NCBI GenBank assembly: GCA_964035545.1
Contig: OZ037767.1
Coordinates: 17,481,781 to 17,545,780 of the forward strand
Length of the DNA stretch: 64,000 nt
Direction of reading: 5' to 3'
Source of the DNA: Bugula neritina
Lineage: Eukaryota > Animalia > Bryozoa
Shown: positions 12,701 to 24,700 of the stretch, in pieces
Layout of the letters: each line of letters starts with the position of its first letter
How positions within the stretch are numbered: position 1 is the first letter of the stretch
Position numbers and translations under genes: made by a program
Notes under the pieces: generated by a model
What the model saw: the letters and a program-made list of their open reading frames with translations, nothing else
What the model was told of the DNA's origin: nothing
The model's database searches: none

Positions 12701-15700
12701 AATATATATGATGATATGCTTTATACTAGTAATATATATTATTATATGCTTTATACTGGTAATATATTTTATGTGCTTTGTACTAGTAATATATATTATG
12801 ATATGCTTTATACTAGTAATATATCATTATATGCTTTATACTAGTAATATATATCTTCATACTAGTAATAAATTAGTATATGCTTTATGCTAGTAATATA
12901 TATTATTATATGTTTTATACTAGTAATATATATTATTATATGCTTTATACTGGTAATATATATTATTATACACTTTATACTAGTAATATATTTTATGTGC
13001 TTTGTACTAGTAATATATATTATGATATGCTTTATACTAGTAATATATCATTATATGCTTTATACTAGTAATATATATTATTATATGCTTTATACTAGTA
13101 ATATATCATTATATGCTTTATACTAGTAATATATATCTTCATACTAGTAATAAATATTATATGCTTTATGCTAGTAATATATATTAATATTTTACAGCCT
13201 ACTCACTGCCCATATCAGTGGTGGAGACCTCCCAGTTCAGAAACTTAGTCAGCGCGGCTAAAAGCTGCTTCGTGCACGTCCCATCAGTGAAAGGCGTCTG
13301 TGAAAAGGTGAAGGTCGAAGCTAACGATTGCAAAGCTTCCATCAAGGAAATTCTAGCGACAGTCAAACATTTCTACCTGTCTGAAGAGACTAGGAGGTGT
13401 CGTGAGAAAACGTACGTCTGCTTGTCCGTGCACTATATTCACAAATGGGTGCCCAGACGTCTGAGGGTCTTGTGCAAGGAAGTGGAGTGTTTTGGGGGCG
13501 GAGTTTATCACCTGGATACCCTCGCTGTCTTCAGATCTGAGTTCGGAGATTTACCTCATAATGAGGTGTTTTGTAATTTATCTGGCAAACTTTCACTTCC
13601 TGGATTCAAATCGTGTATCAACTTAGAGAACGAGTGCTTTGGCTGGACTCAGATTGAAGGTAAATATTGGAGTTGTTTTACCTACGAGTTGGGAAACTCC
13701 ATAGTCTGCTCTCTACTCCATTCTTCACAGACTCAACTTCTAGCGGTGCTGGGGAAATGTGCTAAGATTTTGGCAACAATGAAGGTGGGAGGAGCCAGCA
13801 GCTGGTACGAGCAGGTGGACTCGCTGACTCAGCTGCTGGAGGTCGACGACAGCAGGGATGCTGTCAAGGTGCTCGACAAAGACGCTCTTACTCAGGGCGA
13901 ACAGACGAAGCTCAGAAGGTTTCTGGATGCAGTGAAACCCATGCGAGACGTGGTGAAGCACTTCCAGAGGGCCGGAGCTACGACGAGCACCAGTAGTCTT
14001 GTCGTGCCGTACCGCCGTCTGCTTATGCAGACGTATGCCGAGTCTCCCGTGTCAGACGGCCAGTCATTTGTGCACGTGCTCAGTCAGCAGTTTCTGCAGA
14101 AGACAGAGTTTGTAGAAAGCGGAAATAAGCAACCGACCATTTACACCACCGCCACGAGTCTAGACCCCCGGTTCAAGTTACAGTGGTGTGATGACGCCCA
14201 CTTTGACATGTATAAGGAGCACCTGCTGACACTTGCCAAGGCTGAGCCTGCCCAGAAGGCAGAGTCTGCAGGTACTCCTTCCAGTAGTGCCACTCTGAGT
14301 GTCTTTGCTAAGATCCTGAAGCAGACGTCCCAGAGCAACGAGGACCTGGTGGTGAACTCAGAAGTGATGAGATATATACAAGAGCCAATAGTCAGCGAGG
14401 AGAGTGACGTGCTGACGTACTGGCAGCAGAACCAGCAGCATCTGCCCACTCTTAGTGCGTTGGCGCAGGGGTACCTCGCCATACCCACTTCCTCGGCTGA
14501 TTTGGGACTTAGTCTATCTGCTTCTCCCGAGGACTGTGTCGGAGTGGAGCTAGCGGAGAATTTGATGATGTTACAATCCAAATCTAAGCTCGATCTCTAG
14601 AGTCCATCTTGTAAATATACTGTTAAGATGTCGTGTACAGCCTCATGTAAATTGTAAATTTTTGTTGCACATCAATCTCCAGTCTGTTCTTAATTTTAAT
14701 ATATTTCTAATAAATACTCAATCATAATATTATATCCCTCACCAATGATTTGTTATGATAATGAAAGCAGCTGTAAATATTGGCTACTGTAGAGGTCTTT
14801 TAATTTAAATCAAAACATCAACACTGAAAGTACATCCTGAAAGAATACATAAATTGTAGGGAAGGGAAAGCATTCATTTTTAATATATGTGGTGTTCAAT
14901 AATGAATGTGTATATATATATGCACATTATATATTATATTGTATATATTTTTAAAAAGATTCAAAACTTAAATCAATTCAATTTGAAGATTTTTTTTAAA
15001 ATTTGTAATGACAAAGGAAATGACTCAAAATGTAGAATTTAGGCTCTGATGGAGCTAGTCACAACATATTGGGAGTTGTTTCACCTTGTGAATACATATA
15101 ACTCTCTTAACAGGTGGCGCTTATGTAAATACATCCACTGTGAACACACAGACTACTCTTAGCAACCTGTTGCCCTGGACGACGTATACGTTTACAGTAA
15201 AACTGGTTGTTGAAGAATTTGATGCATTGACTTCTAGTAGCATTCAGATAACTACTCTAGAATCAGGTAAGTGTAGAGGCTGTTGAAATATGTAAATGTC
15301 TTTTCAGTGCCGTAGACTGGCTGTGGACAAACTGTCGAATAATGTGTGACCTTGCAATAACTGCTAAACTATAGAACTCTGTGTGGTGTTGCAGTACCGG
15401 GCCAACCAGAAGGAGTGGCAGTTGAAGAATTAACCAATCAGCTTCAAGTATCGTGGTCAGAGTCAAGAGTGAGGTCAGCTGAGGTCACGGGGTGGCTCGT
15501 CACATACTCTGTGTATGGAGAGAGCTTTAACTTTACTGCTAGCCCGCAGTCGAGGAGTTTCTTTATTCAGGATCTTCAGGCTAACACTTTATACACTGAT
15601 ATACAGGTATAATATTACCTGTACTATATACTAGTATTACCTGTACTATATACTAGTATTACCTGTACTATCTTCTAGTATTACCTGTACTCAGGTACAA

Positions 15701-18700
15701 GCTGAGGGGTCAAATGGGGAAGGGCTGCCGTCCCAACCTCTCAATTTCCAGACGAGCTCTCAGCCCCTTGCTGCCCCGCAGCTGATTGGTCAACCATTTT
15801 CCAACTCGACGTGTATCGGTGTCGTGATTCGTCCAGATCTGAGACCTTCTGCTGAGATTACAGAGTATAAGGTAACACAGAGTGAAATATTGTTACATAA
15901 CCACTTATATATGATTATTATATGGTTATAATATGGCTAATATATGATTATATTACAGCTAATGATATATGATTATATTATCACAGATAGAATACCGAGT
16001 GAACCCCTCTGGGAATCTCGTGGACACTGTGACGCTGCCTGCTGAGGGGGGACTCTCTCACACTCAGTGCTCGCTGACTCCAGGCTCATCTTACTCCGTC
16101 AGCATATCGGCTGTCGGGAAGGAGGTTAGTAGCAGCTCTAGACATCAGTGTAGTGTGACATATCTCTAGACATCAGTGTAATGTGACATATCTCTAGACA
16201 TCAGTGTAGTGTGACATATCTCTAGGCATCAGTGTAATGTGACATATCTCTAGACATCAGTGTAGTGTGACATATCTCTATTTACTGTATATAGTGTTGG
16301 CTGTTTTCAGGTTGGAGAGGGGGCGAGGCTAGAGATTAGCCTGTGGACTGACATCGGTGTACCACCTTCACCCCCGACTCCCGAGGTGCTGTCTCTCACA
16401 CCGACTACCGTCACATTGAGGCTGTTTCCTGTCACATCTCTGGTCGGACCAATCACCTCTTACGAGATCTGGGTGTCACAGTAAGTGTTTATGTCTGTAG
16501 AGGTCATTGTGATGATAAAGCCATCAGTCACCGTCTGACGTAATTTCCTGTCTACTTGCAGACTATCTAATGATGTATCAAGAAAGAGGCGTGACACGTC
16601 ATACAAGGTGTCAGCTGAGCAGTACATTCTACTGACACCTTCCGTGTTTACTGGAGAAAGTGTGTCGGTTGTAGTCGGTGATAACAGCACGACTGGCAGT
16701 GGTCTCTACAGAAACAAACCTCTGCAAGTTGACTCACTGTACGTGTGTTTATATCTCTCAGTCTATACTCTCAGTCTATACTCTCAGTCTATACTCTCTC
16801 AGTCTATACTCTCTCAGTCTATACTCTCTCAGTCTATACTCTCTCAGTCTATACTCTCAGTCTATACTCTCTCAGTCTATACTCTCTCAGTCTATACTCT
16901 CAGTCTATACTCTCAGTCTACACTCTCAGTCTATACTCTCAGTCTATACTCTCTCAGTCTATACTCTCTCAGTCTATACTCTCTCAGTCTATACTCTCAG
17001 TCTATACTCTCAGTCTACTCAGTCTATACTCTCTCAGTCTATACTCTCAGTCTACACTCTCTCAGTCTATACTCTCTCAGTCTATACTCTCTCAGTCTAT
17101 ACTCTCTCAGTCTATACTCTCTCAGTCTATACTCTCTCAGTCTATACTCTCAGTCTATACTCTCAGTCTATACTCTCTCAGTCTATACTCTCTCAGTCTA
17201 TACTCTCTCAGTCTATACTCTCTCAGTCTATACTCTCAGTCTATACTCTCAGTCTATACTCTCAGTCTATACTCTCAGTCTATACTCTATATAGTAATAC
17301 ACTTACACTCCACTTACAGCTACCAGATATACTACGTGGTGGTAAGCTCTCAGAATGGGAGAGCCGAAACCAGCTACTCTTATGTCATACAGTCGACAGA
17401 GCCGAACCCCTCGTCGTCTCCTCGGCCGGTTGTCGGACTCGCAGACGGCTGGGTCGTTGCTATTGTCATGATATCCGTCGGTGTTTTGGCCGTCTTCATC
17501 CTCCTGATTTGGTGCATTTACAAGATCTGTCGTAAAAGGTCAGACACTAAATATATACTATAGAGAGCAGTGTGCTGTAGAGAGCAGTGTGTTGTAGAGA
17601 GCAGTGTGATGTAGAGAGTAGTGTGTTTGTACGTCTGCACATCTAACTTGCAGACGTGGCTCCATGCTTTACTCTCTCAACAAACCCGGATTCAATGACA
17701 CGGAGAACTGGGTGGAATGGTACAGTAAAAACTACGACCTCGCCCCACTTGATCAGTCTACCTGCGTGTACAGTGGCTGCTGGAGCCCGACCTTTGAACT
17801 TCAGCAGCAAAGGTAATATCACTTAGTAATACTACCCTATCACCTAGTAACACTACTCTATCACCTAGTAATACTACTCTGTCACCTAGTAATACTAATC
17901 TATCACCTAGTAATACTACCCTATCACCTAGTAATACTACCCTATCACCTAGTAGTACTACTCTATCACCTAGTAATACTACTCTATCACCTAGTAACAC
18001 TACTCTATCACCTAGTAATACTACTCCATCACCTAGTAATACTACTCTATCACCTAGTAATACTACTCTATTACCTAGTAATACTACTCTATCACCTAGT
18101 AATACTACTCTATCACCTAGTAATACTACCCTATCACCTAGTAGTACTACTCTATCACCTAGTAATACTACTCTATCACCTAGTAGTACTACTCTATCAC
18201 CTAGTAATACTACTCTATCACCTAGTAATACTACTCTATCACCTAGTAATACTACTCTATTACCTAGTAATACTACTCTATCACCTAGTAATACTACTCT
18301 ATCACCTAGTAATACTACTCTATCACCTAGTAATACTACTCTATCACCTAGTAATACTACCCTATCACCTAGTAATACTACCCTATCACCTAGTAGTACT
18401 ACTCTATCACCTAGTAATACTACTCTATCACCTAGTAATACTACTCTATCACCTAGTAATACTACTCTATCACCTAGTAATACTACTCTATCACCTAGTA
18501 ATACTACCCTATCACCTAGTAGTACTACTCTATCACCTAGTAATACTACTCTATCACCTAGTAATACTACTCTATCACCTAGTAATACTACTCTATCACC
18601 TAGTAATACTACTCTATCACCTAGTAATACTACTCTATCACCTAGTAATACTACTCTATCACCTAGTAATACTACTCTATCACCTAGTAATACTACTCTA

Positions 18701-21700
18701 TCACCTAGTAATACTACCCTATCACCTAGTAATACTACTCTATCACCTAGTAATACTACTCTGTCACTTAGTAATACTACCCTATCACCTAGTAATACTA
18801 CATAGTAATACTACTCTGTCACCTAGTAATACTACTCTATCACCTAGTAATACTACTCTATCACCCAGTAATACTACATAGTAATACTACTCTATCACCT
18901 AGTAATACTACTCTATCACCTAGTAATACTACCCTATCACCTAGTAATACTACCCTATCACCTAGTAATACTACCCTATCACCTAGTAATACTACCCTAT
19001 CACTTAGTAATACTACTCTATCACCTAGTAATACTACTCTATCACCTAGTAATACTACTCTATCACCTAGTAATACTACCCTATCACCTAGTAATACTAC
19101 TCTATCACCTAGTAATACTACAATAGTACATTGATGTCTTTAGACACATAGTATTAGAAGAGGTTGAGGATTCCCGAGATCTCTCCACTGACAAGCCTTA
19201 CGTCACATTTGAGCAAGAGTTCAACAACCTTCCCAGAGGTCAACAGTACTCGTGGGCGGTGGCAGCTCAACAGACGGCCGATCTCAACAGAGTGTCTCAT
19301 TTGGTGGCTTATGATCATAACAGAGTCGTGATTGGTCAGTCTCCTCTAGGTGAGTTGTGATTGGTCAGTCTCCTCTAGGTGAGTCGTGATTGGTCAGTCT
19401 CCTCTAGGTGAGTTGTGAATTGGTTTACATTTGTTAGGAGAGCTGTAATTGGTCGAATTCTTAGTATTCACGTACTGTGTATTTCAGGGACAGACTACAT
19501 CAATGCTACACACATCAGAGGATACAATGGTAAATGTTCGTATATAGCCACTACTTCTCCCTTCAATGAGGAGAGTGCCTTACAGTTCTGGCAGATGATC
19601 TACGAACAGAAAGTTTCTCACATCGTCATGGTGAGTTTCACTAAATACCATCAGTTATCTTACTATTAGGAGTTATCTTTCCTGCTAGGAGTTGTCTTTG
19701 CTGTTAGGAGTTGTCCTCTTTACTAGCAGTTGTCCTCTTTATGAGGAGTTGTCCTTCTTGTTAGGAGTTGTCTTCACTGTCTGGAGTCCATTTTTATAGT
19801 CAATAATGTCGTAACAGCCTAGGAGTTATCTTCCCTGATAGGAAATTTCCTCACTGTTAGGAGTTGTCTTCACTACTAAGAAATATCTTCTCTGTTAGAA
19901 GTTGTCCTCTCTATTGTACTATACAATGTGATAGCTTACACAGACAGTGTCTCTCTGCAGATGACCAACATGGTGGACGAAGGAATCATCAAATGTGTTC
20001 AGTATTGGCCTGAGGATGTAGGGACAGAAGAAGAGTACGGGGAGATCTTAGTGACCCTCTCCGACATCCAGGTGTTCACTCACTTCTCTATCTACAGGAT
20101 GAAGTTGAGACGGAAACACAATCTCTCCGCTCACAGGTGATCAGCTACCTTCCGTCCCGCACTGAGAATAGTTTATTTTCCTCTCTAAGGCTATGCTCTG
20201 TGTCTTTCCAGAATGTTCTGCTTTGTTTTTCATTTAGCGTCATGTGACTTATTCTCTCTGTTAAACAAAGTAATATTATTCTAATTGTTATTCATCCGGT
20301 ATTGTGAATACATTGTATTTTGGTGAGAATGAAGCATTAAAGAGAGAGATGTGAGAATGAGGTAACAGAGGTAATAGTCTGCTCTATGCACTGTAGGCAT
20401 GTTTATCAGTACCACTACACCAGCTGGCCAGAACACGGGGTGCCCCGCACCACCTTCCCTATTCTAGACTTTCGAGTGGCTGTCAGGACTACGGGCTACG
20501 CAGAATCTGGGCCAATAGTGGTGCATTGTGGGACAGGTCAGTTCGGTGCAATATCTTACTCGTCAATTTGTTTGATGACTTTTTCTCAGACTATAGGAGT
20601 AACACTCAGACTATACTTTACAGGATGCAGTACGACAGGGTTCTACATAGCATTAGACTATCTAATAGATGAGGCCACATCTAATAACAACAGTGTTAGT
20701 ATATTCAGAGCTGTGAGCTATCTTAGAGATTGTAGATCCTTTATGGTGAGAACACAGAAACAGGTACGTCTGTCTCTTATGTCGTCATCTGTATGTGTCA
20801 TAGTATATCATCATTCTTTCTGTTATATCTGTATGTGTCACATTACTCACTGTCACATTACTCACTGTCACATTACTCACTGTCACATTACTCACTGTCA
20901 CATTACTCACTGTCACATTACTCACTATCACATTACTATCACATTACTCACTATCACATTACTCACTGTCACATTACTATCACATTACTCACTGTCACAT
21001 TACTCACTATCACATTACTCACTGTCACATTACTCACTGTCACATTACTCACTATCACATTACTCACTATCACACTACTCACTATCACATTACTCACTGT
21101 CACATTACTCACTGTCACATTACTCACTGTCACATTACTCACTGTCACATTACTCACTATCACATTACTTACTGTCACATTACTCACTGTCACATTACTC
21201 ACTGTCACATTACTCACTATCACATTACTTACTGTCACATTACTCACTATCACATTACTCACTATCACATTACTCACTATCACATTACTCACTATCACAT
21301 TACTCACTGTCACATTACTCACTGTCACATTACTCACTGTCACATTACTCACTGTCACATTACTCACTATCACATTACTCACTATCACATTACTCACTAT
21401 CACATTACTCACTATCACATTACTCACTATCACATTACTCACTATCACATTACTCACTGTCACATTACTCACTGTCACATTACTCACTATCACATTACTC
21501 ACTATCACATTACTCACTGTCACATTACTCACTGTCACATTACTCACTGTCACATAGTAATACTGTATTATATATTATAGTACATACTGTACCTGGCTAT
21601 ATTATATATATACACACATTCTACAGTATCTCTATATCTACGACTGTCTGTTTGAATGGTTAATGGGAGGAGACAAGATATTATCTCAGGATCTAAAGAG

Positions 21701-24700
21701 TAAGTTCAAGCTCCTGTCACAGACGAATGCCGAATCGGGTGAGTCATGCTGCCTCCACGTTTCAGTCAGCTTCTACTCTGACATACTTGTGTAGCTCAGC
21801 GTTTTCTGGTCAACAGAGTTTCCGAGAACCTCTTTCTGGTGTGTCAGTTTGTACCATTGGTGAAATATCTGTAGGCAAATCGTATTTCCACGGGGAGATG
21901 GGGTTATTGAAGAAGTTTACTCCTCCCCCGAGAAGAGATGAACTGAGTACAGCTGCTACTCTAGAGGTCAATGAGTCAAAGAACAGATACAGGTTTGATC
22001 AGCGAAATATTCAACTAGTATAGAAATTAACAGGAGGGAAGATAACTTCACAATAGCATACTGTTTACTGTATATTTATACACTTATACATGGAATATTT
22101 ATATGAATCTGTAGCTCCGTCCTTCCCATGGACTCCTTCAGAGTTAAACTCTCTCTGGAACACGGTACAAGTGACTACATCAATGCTATCTATGTTGACG
22201 GTTACCACCAGTCAAACTCCTTTATTCTCACTCAAACACCTCTCCAGGTTAGTTCCTATAAATATCTCACTCCATTTCATTAGAGTTGTCTTCTACTGAC
22301 TATAATGTAATGAGTATTCCCTCAGGAAACCCTGGTTGACTTCTGGAGAATGATATATGAACAGGGAGTTTCCACTATAGTCATGATGGATGATGATCAG
22401 ATGAGAGATGAGTCATGCGCTACTTACTGGCCACAAGCAGCAGACAATAGTCAGTTGTCTTCTCATGGAGATGGAAATCCACATTGTGTGTGAGTGTCTG
22501 ATTGCATAGTTTGGAGAGCGTTCTATAACTTGTAGTGTTCACTTTATTGCGCTCATTTAGTGTGTAAACAGTAAATATCTTATAGTGCTATTCTGATTGT
22601 GTATTTGGAGCTCATTGTATATCATATAGTGATATTTTGTTTAGATTTGGAGAGTTTGTTGTGGAGTTGTTGAATATTCGTCAAGAAGCCGACGTCTGCA
22701 TCTCACGTCACCTGATCCTCTCTAACAAACTACAGCCGACTGAACCCCAGAGACACGTCAAGCAGTTCCAGATCCTCCAGTGGCCCCTCAGACAGCCCAA
22801 ACCTCCCAAGACTGGCCTCCACATGCTGAAGTTGATGGTAAGTCACTATCTATGGCCTGTATCAGTAGAGTAAGTCATAGTAGTGAGTGAGTCATAGCAG
22901 TAGAGTGAGTCATAGTAGTAGAATGAGTCATAGCAGTAGAGTGAATCATAGTTGTAGAGTGAGTCATAGCAGTAGAGTGAGTCATAGTAGTAGAGTGAGT
23001 CATAGTAGTAGAGTGAGTCATAGTAGTAGAGTGAGTCATAGTAGTAGAGTGAGTCATAGCAGTAGAGTGAGTCATAGCAGTAGAGTGAGTCATAGTAGTA
23101 GAGTGAGTCATAGTAATAGAGTGAGTCATAGTAGAGTGAGTCATAGCAGTAGAGTGAGTCATAGCAGTAGAGTGAGTCATAGTAGTATAGTGAGTCATAG
23201 TAGTAGAATGAGTCATAGCAGTAGAGTGAGTCATAGCAATAGAGTGAGTCATAGCAGTAGAGTGAGTCATAGTAATAGAGTGAGTCATAGTAATAGAGTG
23301 AGTGTATGTGTATGTATATTATATTCCACAGCACAAAGTAGAAGAGTGGCAGAAGATGGTCGTATCATCTTACAACCAGACCGTCTCCTCGCCAGTCGTG
23401 GTGCATTGTCTAGACGGAGCCGTTCACAGCGGAGTGTATGTCGCTACGTCCATAATCTGTGAGAAAATGGCCGCCCAGAACAGAGTCAATATCTTCCTTA
23501 CTGTGAAGGAGATAAAGCATCGTAGAAAGGAAGTGGTCAGCTCTTTGGTAAGTTGGGAACAGATAACTCCAGCTGATTGAGTGGGTGGACTCGAGGGTCA
23601 TCTACTGAGTATACTCAGTAGATGACCCTCCAGCTGAGAGAGTATCTAGTATTATATAGTATGAGTTAGTATACTCAGTATTATACAGTATGAGTTAGTA
23701 TACTCAGTATTATATAGTATGAGTTAGTATACTCAGTATTATATAGTATGAGTTAGTATACTCAGTATTATATAGTATGAGTTAGTATACTCAGTATTAT
23801 ATAGTATGAGTTAGTATACTCAGTATTATACAGTATGAGTTAGTATACTCAGTATTATATAGTATGAGTTAGTATACTCAGTATTATATAGTATGAGTTA
23901 GTATACTCAGTATTATATAGTATGAGTTAGTATACTCAGTATTATACAGTATGAGTTAGTATACTCAGTATTATATAGTATGAGTTAGTATACTCAGTAT
24001 TATATAGTATGAGTTAGTATACTCAGTATTATATAGTATGAGTTGGTATACTCAGTATTATATAGTATGAGTTAGTATACTCAGTATTACATAGTATGAG
24101 TTAGTATACTCAGTATTATATAGTATGAGTTAGTATACTCAGTATTATATAGTATGAGTTAGTATACTCAGTATTATATAGTATGAGTTAGTATACTCAG
24201 TATTATATAGTATGAGTTAGTATATATTATATAGTATGAGTTAGTATACTCAGTATTGTATAGTATGAGTTAGTATACTCAGTATTATATAGTTTGAGTT
24301 AGTATACTCAGTATTGTATAGTATGAGTTAGTATACTCAGTATTATACAGTAGGAGTTAGTATACTCAGTATTATATAGTATGAGTTAGTATACTCAGTA
24401 TGATATAGTATGAGTTAGTGTACTCAGTACTATATAGTATGAGTTAGTATACTCAGTATTATATAGTATGAGTTAGTATACTCAGTATTATATAGTATGA
24501 GTTAGTATACTCAGTATTATATAGTATGAGTTAGTATACTCAGTATTATATAGTATGAGTTAGTATACTCAGTATTATACAGTATGAGTTAGTATACTCA
24601 GTATTATATAGTATGAGTTAGTATACTCAGTATTATATAGTATGAGTTAGTATACTCAGTATTATATAGTATGAGTTAGTATACTCAGTATTATATAGTA

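Noticed and set aside
12340-13126. Multi-pass membrane protein tail on ORF 11595..12893 and overlapping ORFs
   Set aside because: Translation of an AT-rich intronic repeat; splicing 12339/13198 restores the hAT frame.
10769-15113. Active hAT DNA transposon
   Set aside because: No terminal inverted repeats or 8-bp TSD found by eye, and catalytic motifs appear degenerate.
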